Assembly: GCA_964500675.1 (NCBI GenBank)
Contig: CAZCNY010000004.1
Span: 140,361-204,360, forward strand
Direction of reading: 5' to 3'
Length of the DNA stretch: 64,000 bases
Origin: an uncultured Verrucomicrobiaceae bacterium
GTDB taxonomy: Bacteria; Pseudomonadota; Gammaproteobacteria; Pseudomonadales; CAMLJR01
The translations under genes were made by a program, and so were the position numbers. The notes beneath the pieces were generated by a model that saw only the letters and a list, made by a program, of their open reading frames with translations, was not told the origin of the DNA and did no database searches. Shown here one piece after another: positions 51,830 to 60,498 of this stretch. How positions within the stretch are numbered: position 1 is the first letter of the stretch; every line of letters begins with the position of its first letter.

Positions 51830-52948
51830 TTAGAGTGAGTTTGAATCTTTCGGAGCTTGAAAAGCTTGAGCAATTACACCCACAGATTTTTCGCCTTCGC
51901 ACATCGCATAGAAAACTTCATTGTAGCCAGAGATTTTAACCATGCACTCAGCGACGGGCTGAACCTTGTACCCCGCCTGAATTAAATCCTTTTGATCAAA
52001 GCGAGCATAGTTATCGCCATCATCGACACGAAAAACATATTCAACACCCTTGCCATAATCCGACGCAGCCGTTATCACAATTTTTCGACCATGTAGCACA
52101 CTGCTAGACTGGGCCGCGCGAATATTTGCTAACTCCTGAGCTGCTTTAAAATTTTCGGGCACAGCACGCGACGTTTGCAAAGAAGCCGAAGCGCCGCGAC
52201 CTTTATCAATATCCTTGTGTAGGTTGTGATAGGTGCGCCAACCGAGAAAAACAGCAAGAATCGGTAATATCACCATCGCCGCCAACATCGATTTAATCTT
52301 GCCGCCCTTCAAAATATTCGCACGATCGTCAACACGTTTTTCGTTACCGACATCGCCCGCTTTGCTTTGGCTAGCCGATTTATAGAATTTAAAATTCTCA
52401 GACTTATACGTCTCAAACATTTCACGCAAACGTTGTGACGGCGGCGGATTCTGACCCGTTACAGCGCCTTGATAAATATCGACCCGAAAACGATTGTCTT
52501 GCCCTACGGCATCGAGCTTCGTGCAACGGAACGTCTTATCGACCAACTGACGAACGAATGCGCTGAGCTGCGCAAGATCTTGCGTCACTAAAATAATTTG
52601 TGTTGTGGTTCCCGCTTCGTTGACCTTGTGGCCGTGCATGGCGAGAAATTCTTTATGCACGGAATTGACGTTATTCGCTTTCAGCCCAGCGGGCCAGAAA
52701 CGCCAGCATTCATCGAGCACAAGCATTGCGCCAGCGGGCAGTACGTCATCAAACCATTTAGGGTTGTCGATTATATCTTGCGAATCGAAAACGACAGGAA
52801 CCGCGCCTAATTCAGATAACCAGACATCGGCATGCAGCGGGATATTCGTATACACGTCGCGACCTTGTTTGATCGCTTCCACCATAATCTGAGTTACCGA
52901 GTAACTTTTCCCCGAGCGCGGTAGACCCGTATAGGCGCTTATCGACAT
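51830..52948 (-). CDS. Zot-like / pI-family phage assembly ATPase
   Basis: 372 aa with an N-terminal Walker A GLPRSGKS, Walker B LVLDECW and a central TM segment (MLAAMVILPILAVFLGW), as in Inovirus pI/Zot. Confidence 0.85.
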   Translation of the reverse strand: MSISAYTGLPRSGKSYSVTQIMVEAIKQGRDVYTNIPLHADVWLSELGAVPVVFDSQDIIDNPKWFDDVLPAGAMLVLDECWRFWPAGLKANNVNSVHKEFLAMHGHKVNEAGTTTQIILVTQDLAQLSAFVRQLVDKTFRCTKLDAVGQDNRFRVDIYQGAVTGQNPPPSQRLREMFETYKSENFKFYKSASQSKAGDVGNEKRVDDRANILKGGKIKSMLAAMVILPILAVFLGWRTYHNLHKDIDKGRGASASLQTSRAVPENFKAAQELANIRAAQSSSVLHGRKIVITAASDYGKGVEYVFRVDDGDNYARFDQKDLIQAGYKVQPVAECMVKISGYNEVFYAMCEGEKSVGVIAQAFQAPKDSNSL

Positions 52949-53040
52949 TTTCTAACGCACCAACGAACACCACGCTGCAAAAGCCGAACCGTCGAAAAAA
53001 CACCGATAAGAAAAACCAGCGCGAAAAAAATTCCAATCAT
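52942..53040 (-). CDS. possible 32-aa hydrophobic phage ORF (not in the ORF track)
   Basis: Own translation gives MIGIFFALVFLIGVFSTVRLLQRGVRWCVRKCR. It fills the gap between the pVI-like and pI-like genes and overlaps the pI start by 7 nt. Confidence 0.3.
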
Positions 53041-53046
53041 GATAAA

Positions 53047-53349
53047 TCACCCTATCAACGGAATCCGCCGTATCAGAAAGCGAACGCCATACGCAGAGCC
53101 CAACACCGCAGCCCCAAAACCAAGGTCGAACGGACCGACAAAATAGCCGACGCTGGGCGGGATATTCGATAAAATATCGGCACCAGATTGCGCCCAGTCA
53201 GGCACAGGAATCGCATTAAACACCGCTACAATCGCGTTAAAAATTTGCTCGGAAATCCAAATAAAAAAGCCTTTGATCTCATCCTGGACCCACGTCAACC
53301 AGCAGCCAATATCGGTATAACCACAACTCGCATTAGCCATGTTAAGCAC
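53047..53349 (-). CDS. pVI-like minor coat protein (DUF2523)
   Basis: 100 aa and hydrophobic, ending FLIRRIPLIG, which is typical of DUF2523. It sits between the pIII-like and pI-like genes. Confidence 0.7.
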   Translation of the reverse strand: MLNMANASCGYTDIGCWLTWVQDEIKGFFIWISEQIFNAIVAVFNAIPVPDWAQSGADILSNIPPSVGYFVGPFDLGFGAAVLGSAYGVRFLIRRIPLIG

Positions 53350-54619
53350 TCAGTAAAATTAAAATACCCATCGCGACATACACGACGTGCATGACCGCAG
53401 CGAGAGTCGGCGCAATGCTGTCGTAAAGCGCACACTGGGAATCCATCACAATCGATTGATTAAACAGCGAGAGCGTGGCCGTTGGACATGCGCCAACGTT
53501 CACGGCCCCGCCAATACCGGAACCGCCGGCAAGAGAGCCCAACGGAGTACCCTTAACACCGGTTTCAAAAGTATTGAAAGCGTCACCAAATGATGCGGCA
53601 GTGCCTTGCGTATGCGTTAAACCACTTTGCGTACCCGCAATACAATCCGCATAGTTAACCGCTGTAGGATCACACTGACCAGCACCCGAACCCGATCCAC
53701 TACCAGAACCAGTTCCAGTGCCGCCACCATTGCCAACACCAGTGCCACCCGACGATGCGGAAGTTCCGCTAGTACCGCCCGTAGTATTCGTATTCGTCAC
53801 AACCGACTGAGAGCCATTGGCATTCGTAGTGGTAACGACCGTCGTTGTCGTCACCGTTCCGTTATCATTCACAGCAGTCGTCGTTGCCGTAGAGGACGAA
53901 CCACCTGTTGCAGAAGACGATGAAGACGACGAACTCGAACCACCACCGCTAGCACTCGCCGAATTACCGCCCGCAGCGCCACCCGTACAACTTTGCGCCG
54001 TACCATTGGAATCGAAATAACACGTTTTAGAACCATCGGGCTTGTCGATACAATTGTTACCACCGCCTAAATCAATAATATCGACAATATGAAACATACA
54101 ACCGCCAACGCATTGCTCAGTAGACCCAAGACTTAAAGAATCACCCGCAGCAACACCAAACCCTAAACTCTGTTGATCTGTATTACACGACTGAACACAA
54201 TTACCCGTTTGATCGCGCGCTTGACCAATTGGACATTTCGCGACACATTGACCACCAACAAGATCATATAAAACTAAATCACAACCACAACTCTGAGTTG
54301 AATTATTCCAAATCGAACCAGTATTAGGACATTTAGCGGGAGTTAAATTAAAAGTTGCCGGAGTACCACAACCTGTACCTTGACCGGTAACATTTCCAGA
54401 CGGACAAAGCCAAACACTCGCAGAATTAGCCGTTATTGTTTGAAAAGCGACTTGATTACCAATCCCGCCGTTAATCGAATTCCAATACGCCTTAGCACCA
54501 TCAATCGCACCCTGAGCCGAAGAAAAACAAAAATTGCCGTTAGTGGTTTGGCACCACATAGGGTCAGCACTCGCAGATAAAGTCGCGAGCAATAAAATTG
54601 CGCAAAGTAAAAGACGCAT
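53342..54619 (-). CDS. pIII-like adsorption/minor coat protein
   Basis: The track ORF extends to 54652. I trimmed it to ATG 54619 (MRLLLCAILLLATLSASA is a signal peptide). A Cys-rich N-terminal domain is followed by long Gly/Ser/Thr linkers (GGSSSSSSSSSATGGSS..., GTGSGSGSGSGAG) and a C-terminal membrane anchor. Confidence 0.75.
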   Translation of the reverse strand: MRLLLCAILLLATLSASADPMWCQTTNGNFCFSSAQGAIDGAKAYWNSINGGIGNQVAFQTITANSASVWLCPSGNVTGQGTGCGTPATFNLTPAKCPNTGSIWNNSTQSCGCDLVLYDLVGGQCVAKCPIGQARDQTGNCVQSCNTDQQSLGFGVAAGDSLSLGSTEQCVGGCMFHIVDIIDLGGGNNCIDKPDGSKTCYFDSNGTAQSCTGGAAGGNSASASGGGSSSSSSSSSATGGSSSTATTTAVNDNGTVTTTTVVTTTNANGSQSVVTNTNTTGGTSGTSASSGGTGVGNGGGTGTGSGSGSGSGAGQCDPTAVNYADCIAGTQSGLTHTQGTAASFGDAFNTFETGVKGTPLGSLAGGSGIGGAVNVGACPTATLSLFNQSIVMDSQCALYDSIAPTLAAVMHVVYVAMGILILLSA

Positions 54620-54696
54620 CACCAACGCCGCCCTACAAAAACAATAAAACACGCAGCGCCGAGTACAAAAAATGTGTAGTAATAAAGATCAGCCAT
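54619..54696 (-). CDS. possible 25-aa hydrophobic phage ORF (pVII/pIX-like position, not in the ORF track)
   Basis: Own translation gives MADLYYYTFFVLGAACFIVFVGRRW. It has an ATGA overlap with the pIII-like start. Confidence 0.35.
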   Translation of the reverse strand: MADLYYYTFFVLGAACFIVFVGRRW

Positions 54697-54747
54697 AGCT
54701 CACCACGAATTGGCTGGTAGCGAACCACCAGCCTTTTCGATCAACGA

Positions 54748-54960
54748 TTAACGACGAATAAAACCGAGAACAAGACGCGCACCTTTCATCGCTACATAAA
54801 CCGCAGCGAGCAAAGCAGCGACAGCGAGCACCGCAGTAATTACCGTCGAAAAATCCACCGCAGTCGTTAACGTCGTAAAATCAGGACCAGCAGCGTGAGC
54901 ACCAAGGACAAGACCGAACGACGTAGCAACCAGTGCCAATTTTGTTTTCAGTTGTTTCAT
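54748..54960 (-). CDS. major coat protein (pVIII-like)
   Basis: 70 aa with a signal peptide (…GLVLGAHA), an acidic N-terminus of the mature part (AGPDFTTLTTAVDF), a hydrophobic helix and a basic C-terminus (KGARLVLGFIRR). Confidence 0.8.
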   Translation of the reverse strand: MKQLKTKLALVATSFGLVLGAHAAGPDFTTLTTAVDFSTVITAVLAVAALLAAVYVAMKGARLVLGFIRR

Positions 54961-55031
54961 AAATCACCTCAAAGTAAAAGACGCTCCACTTTTTAATATC
55001 CTCGCCGGGAGCGTATCGGCGCAGGATTCAA

Positions 55032-55373
55032 TTAACCTTTACGAATCAACTTCAAAATAATTGCAGCGCCAATGCAAACAACCCAAACCGGCATGCAAAA
55101 GAAAAAACCAGCGCCGAATGCTTCGATAATTGTTGTCGGGTCAAGCGTCGAAGGGTCGAATGGCACAGCAAGAGAGTTCATTGGTTGCCACGAACCATCA
55201 TTGCTCGAATCGGTGCCAATACAAACGGGCTTACCTTGTGCAACACCACCACTCATCGTCGTGGTAACAGCAACAGACGAACCCAAAGAATCGTCACATG
55301 TAAAAACCCACTGCGTAGCCAGAGCAAAATTGCAACTCAGCAGGAGAAGAACCGACAACAAAAAACCTTTCAT
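55032..55373 (-). CDS. hypothetical phage membrane protein
   Basis: 113 aa with a signal peptide and a C-terminal TM segment. It has an ATGA overlap with the upstream replication gene. Confidence 0.5.
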   Translation of the reverse strand: MKGFLLSVLLLLSCNFALATQWVFTCDDSLGSSVAVTTTMSGGVAQGKPVCIGTDSSNDGSWQPMNSLAVPFDPSTLDPTTIIEAFGAGFFFCMPVWVVCIGAAIILKLIRKG

Positions 55374-56644
55374 GCCGCAACTCCATCAAGTATTAATTGC
55401 TGCATTCGCCGTTGCACGAATTCAGTCAGTGCAAGGAACAACGAGCTACCACCTCCGAAGTGCGGCACATTGAAATAATCGGCAAGCTCGGATTCAATAC
55501 CCATCGCGAGAAAAGACTTCACGACGAAATCACAAGTGAAGCGACGGCGCGCAGCGACGCGCAGAAAATTGCCAATAAAAAAAGCTACATTTCTGCGCGT
55601 TGTGCCGGATGCGGTTTTATAGGATCGCTGATATAGAAATGCCGTTTCGTAAGGATTAAAACGCACATCTTCATGCAGCATTTGCCAAAGCGGATCAACG
55701 TAACGGTAAGAGTGTTGCAAGCGAAATGAATCGAGACAGTAACGCCAGAGCGCGTTCAAATGCGGTACCAAGCGCTTAAAGGTCGGATGATCGCGGTACT
55801 CTTCCATCCCTTCAGTGCCGCGCGCGAATTGCGCTACGACGGAATGATGAAGCCTTGCTTCAATACGTTTTACATCGTCTCCGGCTTTAAATTCCGCCTC
55901 ATCGACATTATCAACTGATAACGTTTGCGACCAAACCGAAAACCAGAAGTCCGATTTGTCTTTTGCAGCGATTTCAACAGTTTTATTGTAAACCGAGAAT
56001 TGTACCGCCGAAGGTTGGCCATACGTGAACGTTTGACGATCACCGTACACGCAGGAAATTTCATTGAGACCGTTATAGGATACTTGCGCAATGCCATCGA
56101 ATTTAAACTCCCGTTTTGCTTTGCAAACAAAGCGCTTTTCAAAATCGTGAGGGACTTGGAAATTTTTAAGATCAACCGCGAGATGTACCGCGCAACCGGA
56201 TGGCGCGAGGTCAGACGCGAAAAATTTCGCGATAGCCTGAATTTTATCGGTCAGTTCATCGGGATTATATTTTGCGATTGTCTGCGGAGACACTTCGATC
56301 TTGATATGCGGCCCCAACTCACTGGCATCTTTGTAGAAGCTTTTAACGAGGACGACGTAGCCGAGATCGCCGTTTTTGAGAATGAATTGGTAGCCTGACT
56401 GTTTAGCGGAGCGAGACAGCATCCAATCGATACCGCCGATATTAAGCACATCGCCACCAATGGAATTAACCAATAAATCATGTACGTCCTCCTTAAGAAT
56501 GCCGTTATAAAGCTGTTTAACGGTATCGACACCGCAGTGCAGCATGCGCACATCGGATAAATCGATACTTTCAACCGCTCGACCATTTTTCATTGAGAAC
56601 ACCTGACCCGATCTATCCCAAAACTTGTTTTCGTACGTAGCCAT
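55370..56644 (-). CDS. putative phage replication initiation protein (gene II / RstA-like position)
   Basis: At 424 aa it is the largest phage ORF and sits upstream of the coat module. The assignment rests on size and synteny. I did not recognise a definitive motif. Confidence 0.55.
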   Translation of the reverse strand: MATYENKFWDRSGQVFSMKNGRAVESIDLSDVRMLHCGVDTVKQLYNGILKEDVHDLLVNSIGGDVLNIGGIDWMLSRSAKQSGYQFILKNGDLGYVVLVKSFYKDASELGPHIKIEVSPQTIAKYNPDELTDKIQAIAKFFASDLAPSGCAVHLAVDLKNFQVPHDFEKRFVCKAKREFKFDGIAQVSYNGLNEISCVYGDRQTFTYGQPSAVQFSVYNKTVEIAAKDKSDFWFSVWSQTLSVDNVDEAEFKAGDDVKRIEARLHHSVVAQFARGTEGMEEYRDHPTFKRLVPHLNALWRYCLDSFRLQHSYRYVDPLWQMLHEDVRFNPYETAFLYQRSYKTASGTTRRNVAFFIGNFLRVAARRRFTCDFVVKSFLAMGIESELADYFNVPHFGGGSSLFLALTEFVQRRMQQLILDGVAA

Positions 56645-56758
56645 CGCGAACCCTTTTATTAAAAACGTTGAATCGTTTTATCGTTTCGGGGCTTTGGTGC
56701 CCTCTTATTATTTACGTGTTACAAGAACGTAAAGGCGCGATGCGCGCCTTCGCTCCGC

Positions 56759-56965
56759 TCAGAGCGCGCATGCGCTGCTGTTCTCGACCACGGAACTCAC
56801 CAACGGCCAAAGCTCTTGAGTGATAAGCGCATTAGCACGGTTAAATTGATTCCAATCGCCCGCTACGTAGCTCCGAGCCAGCGTTTCATTGCGCATGACA
56901 AAGGCCTGCATCATGCGCACATACACATCGGAAGGAAGTACGAGCGTGACGCTGGATTCACTCAT
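56759..56965 (-). CDS. hypothetical phage protein
   Basis: 68 aa. It overlaps the upstream ORF by 4 nt. No family recognised. Confidence 0.4.
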   Translation of the reverse strand: MSESSVTLVLPSDVYVRMMQAFVMRNETLARSYVAGDWNQFNRANALITQELWPLVSSVVENSSACAL

Positions 56966-57249
56966 GACGCTTTTGCCGCACGCACAGGAGAGGCTTTAAC
57001 GCAGTGTTGCCCCATCTTGCCGCCACCCGCTTTGCGAAATTCCAAATCGACGTTGCAATCGAGCGGGTAACCATCGCGTGGCAGACCGTTAAAAACGTCC
57101 TGATCACAATTGACTTTCATCACTTCGAGACCCTTAGAACTTGCGCTAGCAAGGTCGGCAGGCTGGGCAATGAAGATTGACGAATAGACTTTGCCATCGA
57201 TGTTCACCGACGACACACCTAACACTTGCGTTTGCACTGTTGCTTTCAT
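56962..57249 (-). CDS. hypothetical phage protein, possibly the ssDNA-binding protein (gene V-like)
   Basis: 95 aa, predicted beta-rich and of gV-like size. The assignment rests on position only. Confidence 0.35.
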   Translation of the reverse strand: MKATVQTQVLGVSSVNIDGKVYSSIFIAQPADLASASSKGLEVMKVNCDQDVFNGLPRDGYPLDCNVDLEFRKAGGGKMGQHCVKASPVRAAKAS

Positions 57250-57538
57250 GATTTATTTCCTTTGGAAGAGCGGCCTTTGTTGGGAGCCGTTGACCCATTG
57301 CAAAAAACCCCTACACCGCTAACCGGGTTCGCGGTTATTTTTGCGGGAGGGGAAACCTTGGAGTGAGCCGGCATAGTTGACTGCTTTAGTCGGTTATGCC
57401 GGCTCAACGCTTGTTTGAAGTACCGACCGAAGTACAAATCGGGATGGGATAGCTCGACCACCTCGATAAGGGGGAGCTGAGGGCGCATAGCTAAGGCGCA
57501 TTTTGGGCAGGTACAGGGTTCTGGGCGCATCGTGCGGC

Positions 57539-57589
57539 ATCAAGTCTGTTTTGATATTAATGCTAAGCTAATATCAAGTTTGTCTTGAT
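57539..57589. promoter_or_regulatory. two copies of a 17-bp imperfect palindrome (candidate repressor operators) in the divergent phage control region
   Basis: ATCAAGTCTGTTTTGAT (57539-57555) and ATCAAGTTTGTCTTGAT (57573-57589). Each has ATCAA/TTGAT arms and the centres are 34 bp apart. Confidence 0.6.
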
Positions 57590-57647
57590 GTCAAGGGCTG
57601 GCTAATATAAAGGCGCACTTTATGCACTCGCTCAAAGGAGCAAGCAC

Positions 57648-57980
57648 ATGAAAAGTATTGAATGGATCGACAAACTGATCGAAGAAAAACAGCTACCCAG
57701 TGACCGACAAGCAGCATTATTGCTAGGCATGACAGCAGCGAGCATAAGCACGCATCGCAGAGGACATTGCATCACGCTAGACGACAAATTCGCGTACAAA
57801 CTAGAAGAACTTCTAAATCTGCCACATGGAACAATCGTCGCAGATCAACACGCAGAACGAGCACAAGACCCTAACATTTCGGCTATGTGGCGAGGAATTG
57901 CTAACGTTGCGGGAATGGTGCCCAGGGGCAGAATCGAACTGCCGACACAAGGATTTTCAGTCCTTTGCTCTACCGACTGA
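57648..57980 (+). CDS. phage repressor-like HTH protein; its 3' end runs through attR into tRNA-Phe
   Basis: 110 aa with an HTH-like segment (SDRQAALLLGMTAASISTHRRG). It is divergent from the phage late and replication genes. Codons from about 90 onward are encoded by the att/tRNA sequence. Confidence 0.5.
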   Translation: MKSIEWIDKLIEEKQLPSDRQAALLLGMTAASISTHRRGHCITLDDKFAYKLEELLNLPHGTIVADQHAERAQDPNISAMWRGIANVAGMVPRGRIELPTQGFSVLCSTD

Positions 57981-57991
57981 GCTACCTGGGC
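57916..57991 (-). tRNA. tRNA-Phe (anticodon GAA)
   Basis: The reverse complement is GCCCAGGTAGCTCAGTCGGTAGAGCAAAGGACTGAAAATCCTTGTGTCGGCAGTTCGATTCTGCCCCTGGGCACCA. It folds as a cloverleaf with anticodon loop CTGAAAA and an encoded CCA, and is very close to E. coli tRNA-Phe. Confidence 0.95.
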
Positions 57992-58084
57992 TTGGCTGGA
58001 ATTCTCGCCGGATCGCGAGAGGCGCGTATTAAACCGTTATGCCCCGCGCCCGTCAAGTTGAATGAGCGGCTGAAGCGAGGGCGG

Positions 58085-58357
58085 TTATTTTTTCGGCGGA
58101 ACGTAGCCCTCGGCCTTGGCAAATTCTTCGCCCGCGAAAAATTTAGCCATTTCTTCCTGCAAAAATTTGCGTGTGGCGGGATCGAGCAGGCTCAGGCGGC
58201 GCTCGTTGATCAGCTGGGTTTGTTGCTCCTGCCATTCCTGCCACGCCTGTTTCGATATCTGCTCGAATATTTCCTGGCCTTTGGCGCCGGGATACGGCGG
58301 TGCGTTGAGCCCTTCCATCTCGCATTGATACTTTTTGCAGAACACCATGCGCGCCAT
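58085..58357 (-). CDS. yggX: Fe(II)-trafficking / oxidative-damage protection protein YggX
   Basis: 90 aa with M.R.VFC.K......EGL..PPYPG..G..I...IS..AW..W...QT.LINE..L. Confidence 0.9.
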   Translation of the reverse strand: MARMVFCKKYQCEMEGLNAPPYPGAKGQEIFEQISKQAWQEWQEQQTQLINERRLSLLDPATRKFLQEEMAKFFAGEEFAKAEGYVPPKK

Positions 58358-58371
58358 TTGCGTGACCTCAC

Positions 58372-59448
58372 TCAGAGCTTTTGCAGCAATTTTACGACAG
58401 GCGCCGCTAAGCCGATCGCTGCCGGGTTGCGCAGGTTATACCAAAGCTGACGTTCGTTCTCGCTAATCGCGTTGGCTTGTTTCGACACCCGCAGCTGCAC
58501 GGGCTCGATATCGAGATGGTAGTGGCTGAACGTGTGCCGGTACGCAGCCCAGCGCTCGACGATTTCGACTTCGAGTTGCAAGCGCTCGGCGCAGTAAGCG
58601 ATGGGGTCGTCGTCCGTTGCGATTTGCGGAAATACCCACAGGCTCGACCAGATGCCGGTTGGGGGGCGCTTTTCGAGCAGGATGTCGCCGCGCGCATCCG
58701 CGATGATGAGCATTTGCGCGCTTTTCGCAGGCAGCGTTTTCTTGGGCTTTTTCCCGGGAAACTCCGCGCTGCGACCACTTTGCTGCGCTATGCAATCATC
58801 GCTCAAAGGGCAGGCGCCGCAGGCGGGTTTGCTGCGCGTGCAGAGCGTTGCGCCAAGATCCATCATCGCTTGCGTGTAATCCTCTATGCGCTGATGCGGC
58901 GTATGCGCTTCGGCGAAATCCCACAGCGTTTTATGCACGGCGGTTGCGCCGGGATAACCGTCGACCGCATGCAGGCGAGCGAGCACGCGCTTGACGTTGC
59001 CATCGAGAATCGCGGCGCGTTTACCGAAGGCGATCGCAGCGATCGCGCCCGCGGTCGAGCGGCCGATGCCCGGTAATTCGCTCAGGCGTTCGACGTCGTC
59101 GGGAAATTCGTCGCCGTATTGTTCGCAGACGATTTGCGCGGTGCGCTGCAAATTGCGCGCGCGGCTGTAGTAGCCGAGGCCGGTCCACAGATGCATGACG
59201 CGATCGGCGTCGGCCTGAGCGAGATCGCGCACACTCGGCAATTCGCGCATGAAGCGCTCGTAATACGGAATCACGGTTTGCACCTGCGTCTGCTGCAACA
59301 TGATTTCGGAAACCCAGACGCGATACGGCGAAATCGCCTGCTGCCACGGCAGATTTTTGCGGCCGTGGCGATCGAACCACGCCAGCACGCGCGCGGCGAT
59401 TTCGATTTCGCGGCGCACCGGTTCAGTTCCTGCGATCAGTGCGTCCAT
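58372..59448 (-). CDS. mutY: A/G-specific adenine DNA glycosylase MutY
   Basis: 358 aa with the HhH-GPD pattern ([12 protein letters not shown]), a 4Cys cluster (C....KP.C..CP....C) and a C-terminal NUDIX-like domain. The mutY-yggX synteny is canonical. Confidence 0.92.
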   Translation of the reverse strand: MDALIAGTEPVRREIEIAARVLAWFDRHGRKNLPWQQAISPYRVWVSEIMLQQTQVQTVIPYYERFMRELPSVRDLAQADADRVMHLWTGLGYYSRARNLQRTAQIVCEQYGDEFPDDVERLSELPGIGRSTAGAIAAIAFGKRAAILDGNVKRVLARLHAVDGYPGATAVHKTLWDFAEAHTPHQRIEDYTQAMMDLGATLCTRSKPACGACPLSDDCIAQQSGRSAEFPGKKPKKTLPAKSAQMLIIADARGDILLEKRPPTGIWSSLWVFPQIATDDDPIAYCAERLQLEVEIVERWAAYRHTFSHYHLDIEPVQLRVSKQANAISENERQLWYNLRNPAAIGLAAPVVKLLQKL

Positions 59449-59828
59449 TGCCAGCCGCTTGCGGTCTGCGTGAAGCCGAGCTGTTGCCAGAGCGCGGCGA
59501 GGGTTTCATCGCGCGCTTCCAATTTGCGTAGCTGAAATTGTGCGGCGCTCGCTTGTAGCAATTGCAACAGTTGTCGCGCAGTACCGCGCCGGCGCGTCGA
59601 GGCGCGCACGCACAGATGAGAGATGCGTCCATTCTTGTCGACATACAGCGATGCCAGCAGATGGCCGTTGAAGCGCCCCGCGATCAGCGTTTGCCCGGCC
59701 TCGCGCTGCGCATCGAGCCATGCCGATAGCGATTGCACTGGAGGCAGCGCGTAGTCGGAATAGATTTTTTCGAGATCGGCGAGATCGGCGGCGTCGGGGC
59801 GGTTGATGATTTCGAGGATGACAGGCAT
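59436..59828 (-). CDS. GNAT-fold acetyl-CoA sensor PanZ-family protein
   Basis: The track ORF extends to 60023 and overlaps hisB. I trimmed it to ATG 59828 (MPVILEII...). DL.KIY....., AGRFNGHLLA, L.VR..TRRRG and QLGFT....GW resemble PanZ/PanM. Confidence 0.65.
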   Translation of the reverse strand: MPVILEIINRPDAADLADLEKIYSDYALPPVQSLSAWLDAQREAGQTLIAGRFNGHLLASLYVDKNGRISHLCVRASTRRRGTARQLLQLLQASAAQFQLRKLEARDETLAALWQQLGFTQTASGWQWTH

Positions 59829-59901
59829 GAGGATGAGGGCACCGAGAGGCAATTCCAAAGGGAGTTCCTTATAATACCGATTTACCACACTGGAGAGCGA
59901 C

Positions 59902-60495
59902 ATGGCTGCGCGTAAAGCCACCGTCACCCGCGATACCCTCGAAACGCAAATTACCGTCAGTATCAACCTCGATGGCACCGGCCAGTCGCGCTTTGCGATC
60001 GGCGTGCCGTTTCTTGAACACATGCTCGATCAGGTCGCGCGCCACGGTTTGATCGATATCGATATCGCAGCCAAGGGCGATTTGCATATCGACGATCACC
60101 ACACCGTCGAGGATGTGGGTATCACATTGGGTCAAGCGTTGGCGCAGGCAGTCGGCGATAAAAAAGGCATGACGCGCTACGGCCACTCCTATGTGCCGCT
60201 CGATGAAGCGCTGTCGCGCGTGGTTATCGATTTCTCGGGTCGCCCCGGCCTTGAGTTGCACGTGCCGTTCACGCGCGGACGCATCGGCAATTTCGATGTC
60301 GATCTGTTCGGTGAATTTTTTCGCGGCTTCGTCAATCACGCGAAAGTGACACTGCACATCGATAATTTGCGCGGCGTGAACAGTCATCATCAAGCCGAAA
60401 CCGTGTTCAAAGCATTCGGCCGCGCGCTGCGCATGGCGTGTGAACTCGACCCGCGCATGATTGGCGTAATGCCATCGACCAAGGGCGCATTGTAA
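59902..60495 (+). CDS. hisB: imidazoleglycerol-phosphate dehydratase
   Basis: 197 aa with TRDTLETQI...LDG.G.......GV.FL.HML.....H......[13 protein letters not shown]. Confidence 0.93.
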   Translation: MAARKATVTRDTLETQITVSINLDGTGQSRFAIGVPFLEHMLDQVARHGLIDIDIAAKGDLHIDDHHTVEDVGITLGQALAQAVGDKKGMTRYGHSYVPLDEALSRVVIDFSGRPGLELHVPFTRGRIGNFDVDLFGEFFRGFVNHAKVTLHIDNLRGVNSHHQAETVFKAFGRALRMACELDPRMIGVMPSTKGAL

Positions 60496-60498
60496 TTT

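Larger units (their letters stand above)
50348..57960. mobile_element. integrated filamentous (Inovirus-like) prophage, about 7.6 kb, in the 3' end of tRNA-Phe
   Basis: Perfect 46-bp direct repeats sit at 50348-50393 and 57915-57960. The element carries a tyrosine integrase, a Zot-like pI, pVI-like and pIII-like proteins, a major-coat-like gene, a replication-initiator-size gene and a divergent repressor. GC content is lower than in the flanks. Confidence 0.9.

Noticed and set aside
53627-54063. Plus- and minus-strand ORFs within the pIII-like gene (for example 53627-53923, 53817-54020, 53869-54063)
   Set aside because: They arise from the Gly/Ser/Thr-encoding low-complexity DNA, which is open in several frames. 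The pIII-like frame alone has a signal peptide, Cys-rich domain and membrane anchor.
57246-57530. 94-aa minus-strand ORF in the prophage control region
   Set aside because: It runs through strong hairpins that look like an Inovirus origin or packaging region. It has an unusual composition and no recognisable fold. It is not called as a CDS, although a small excisionase-like gene cannot be excluded.
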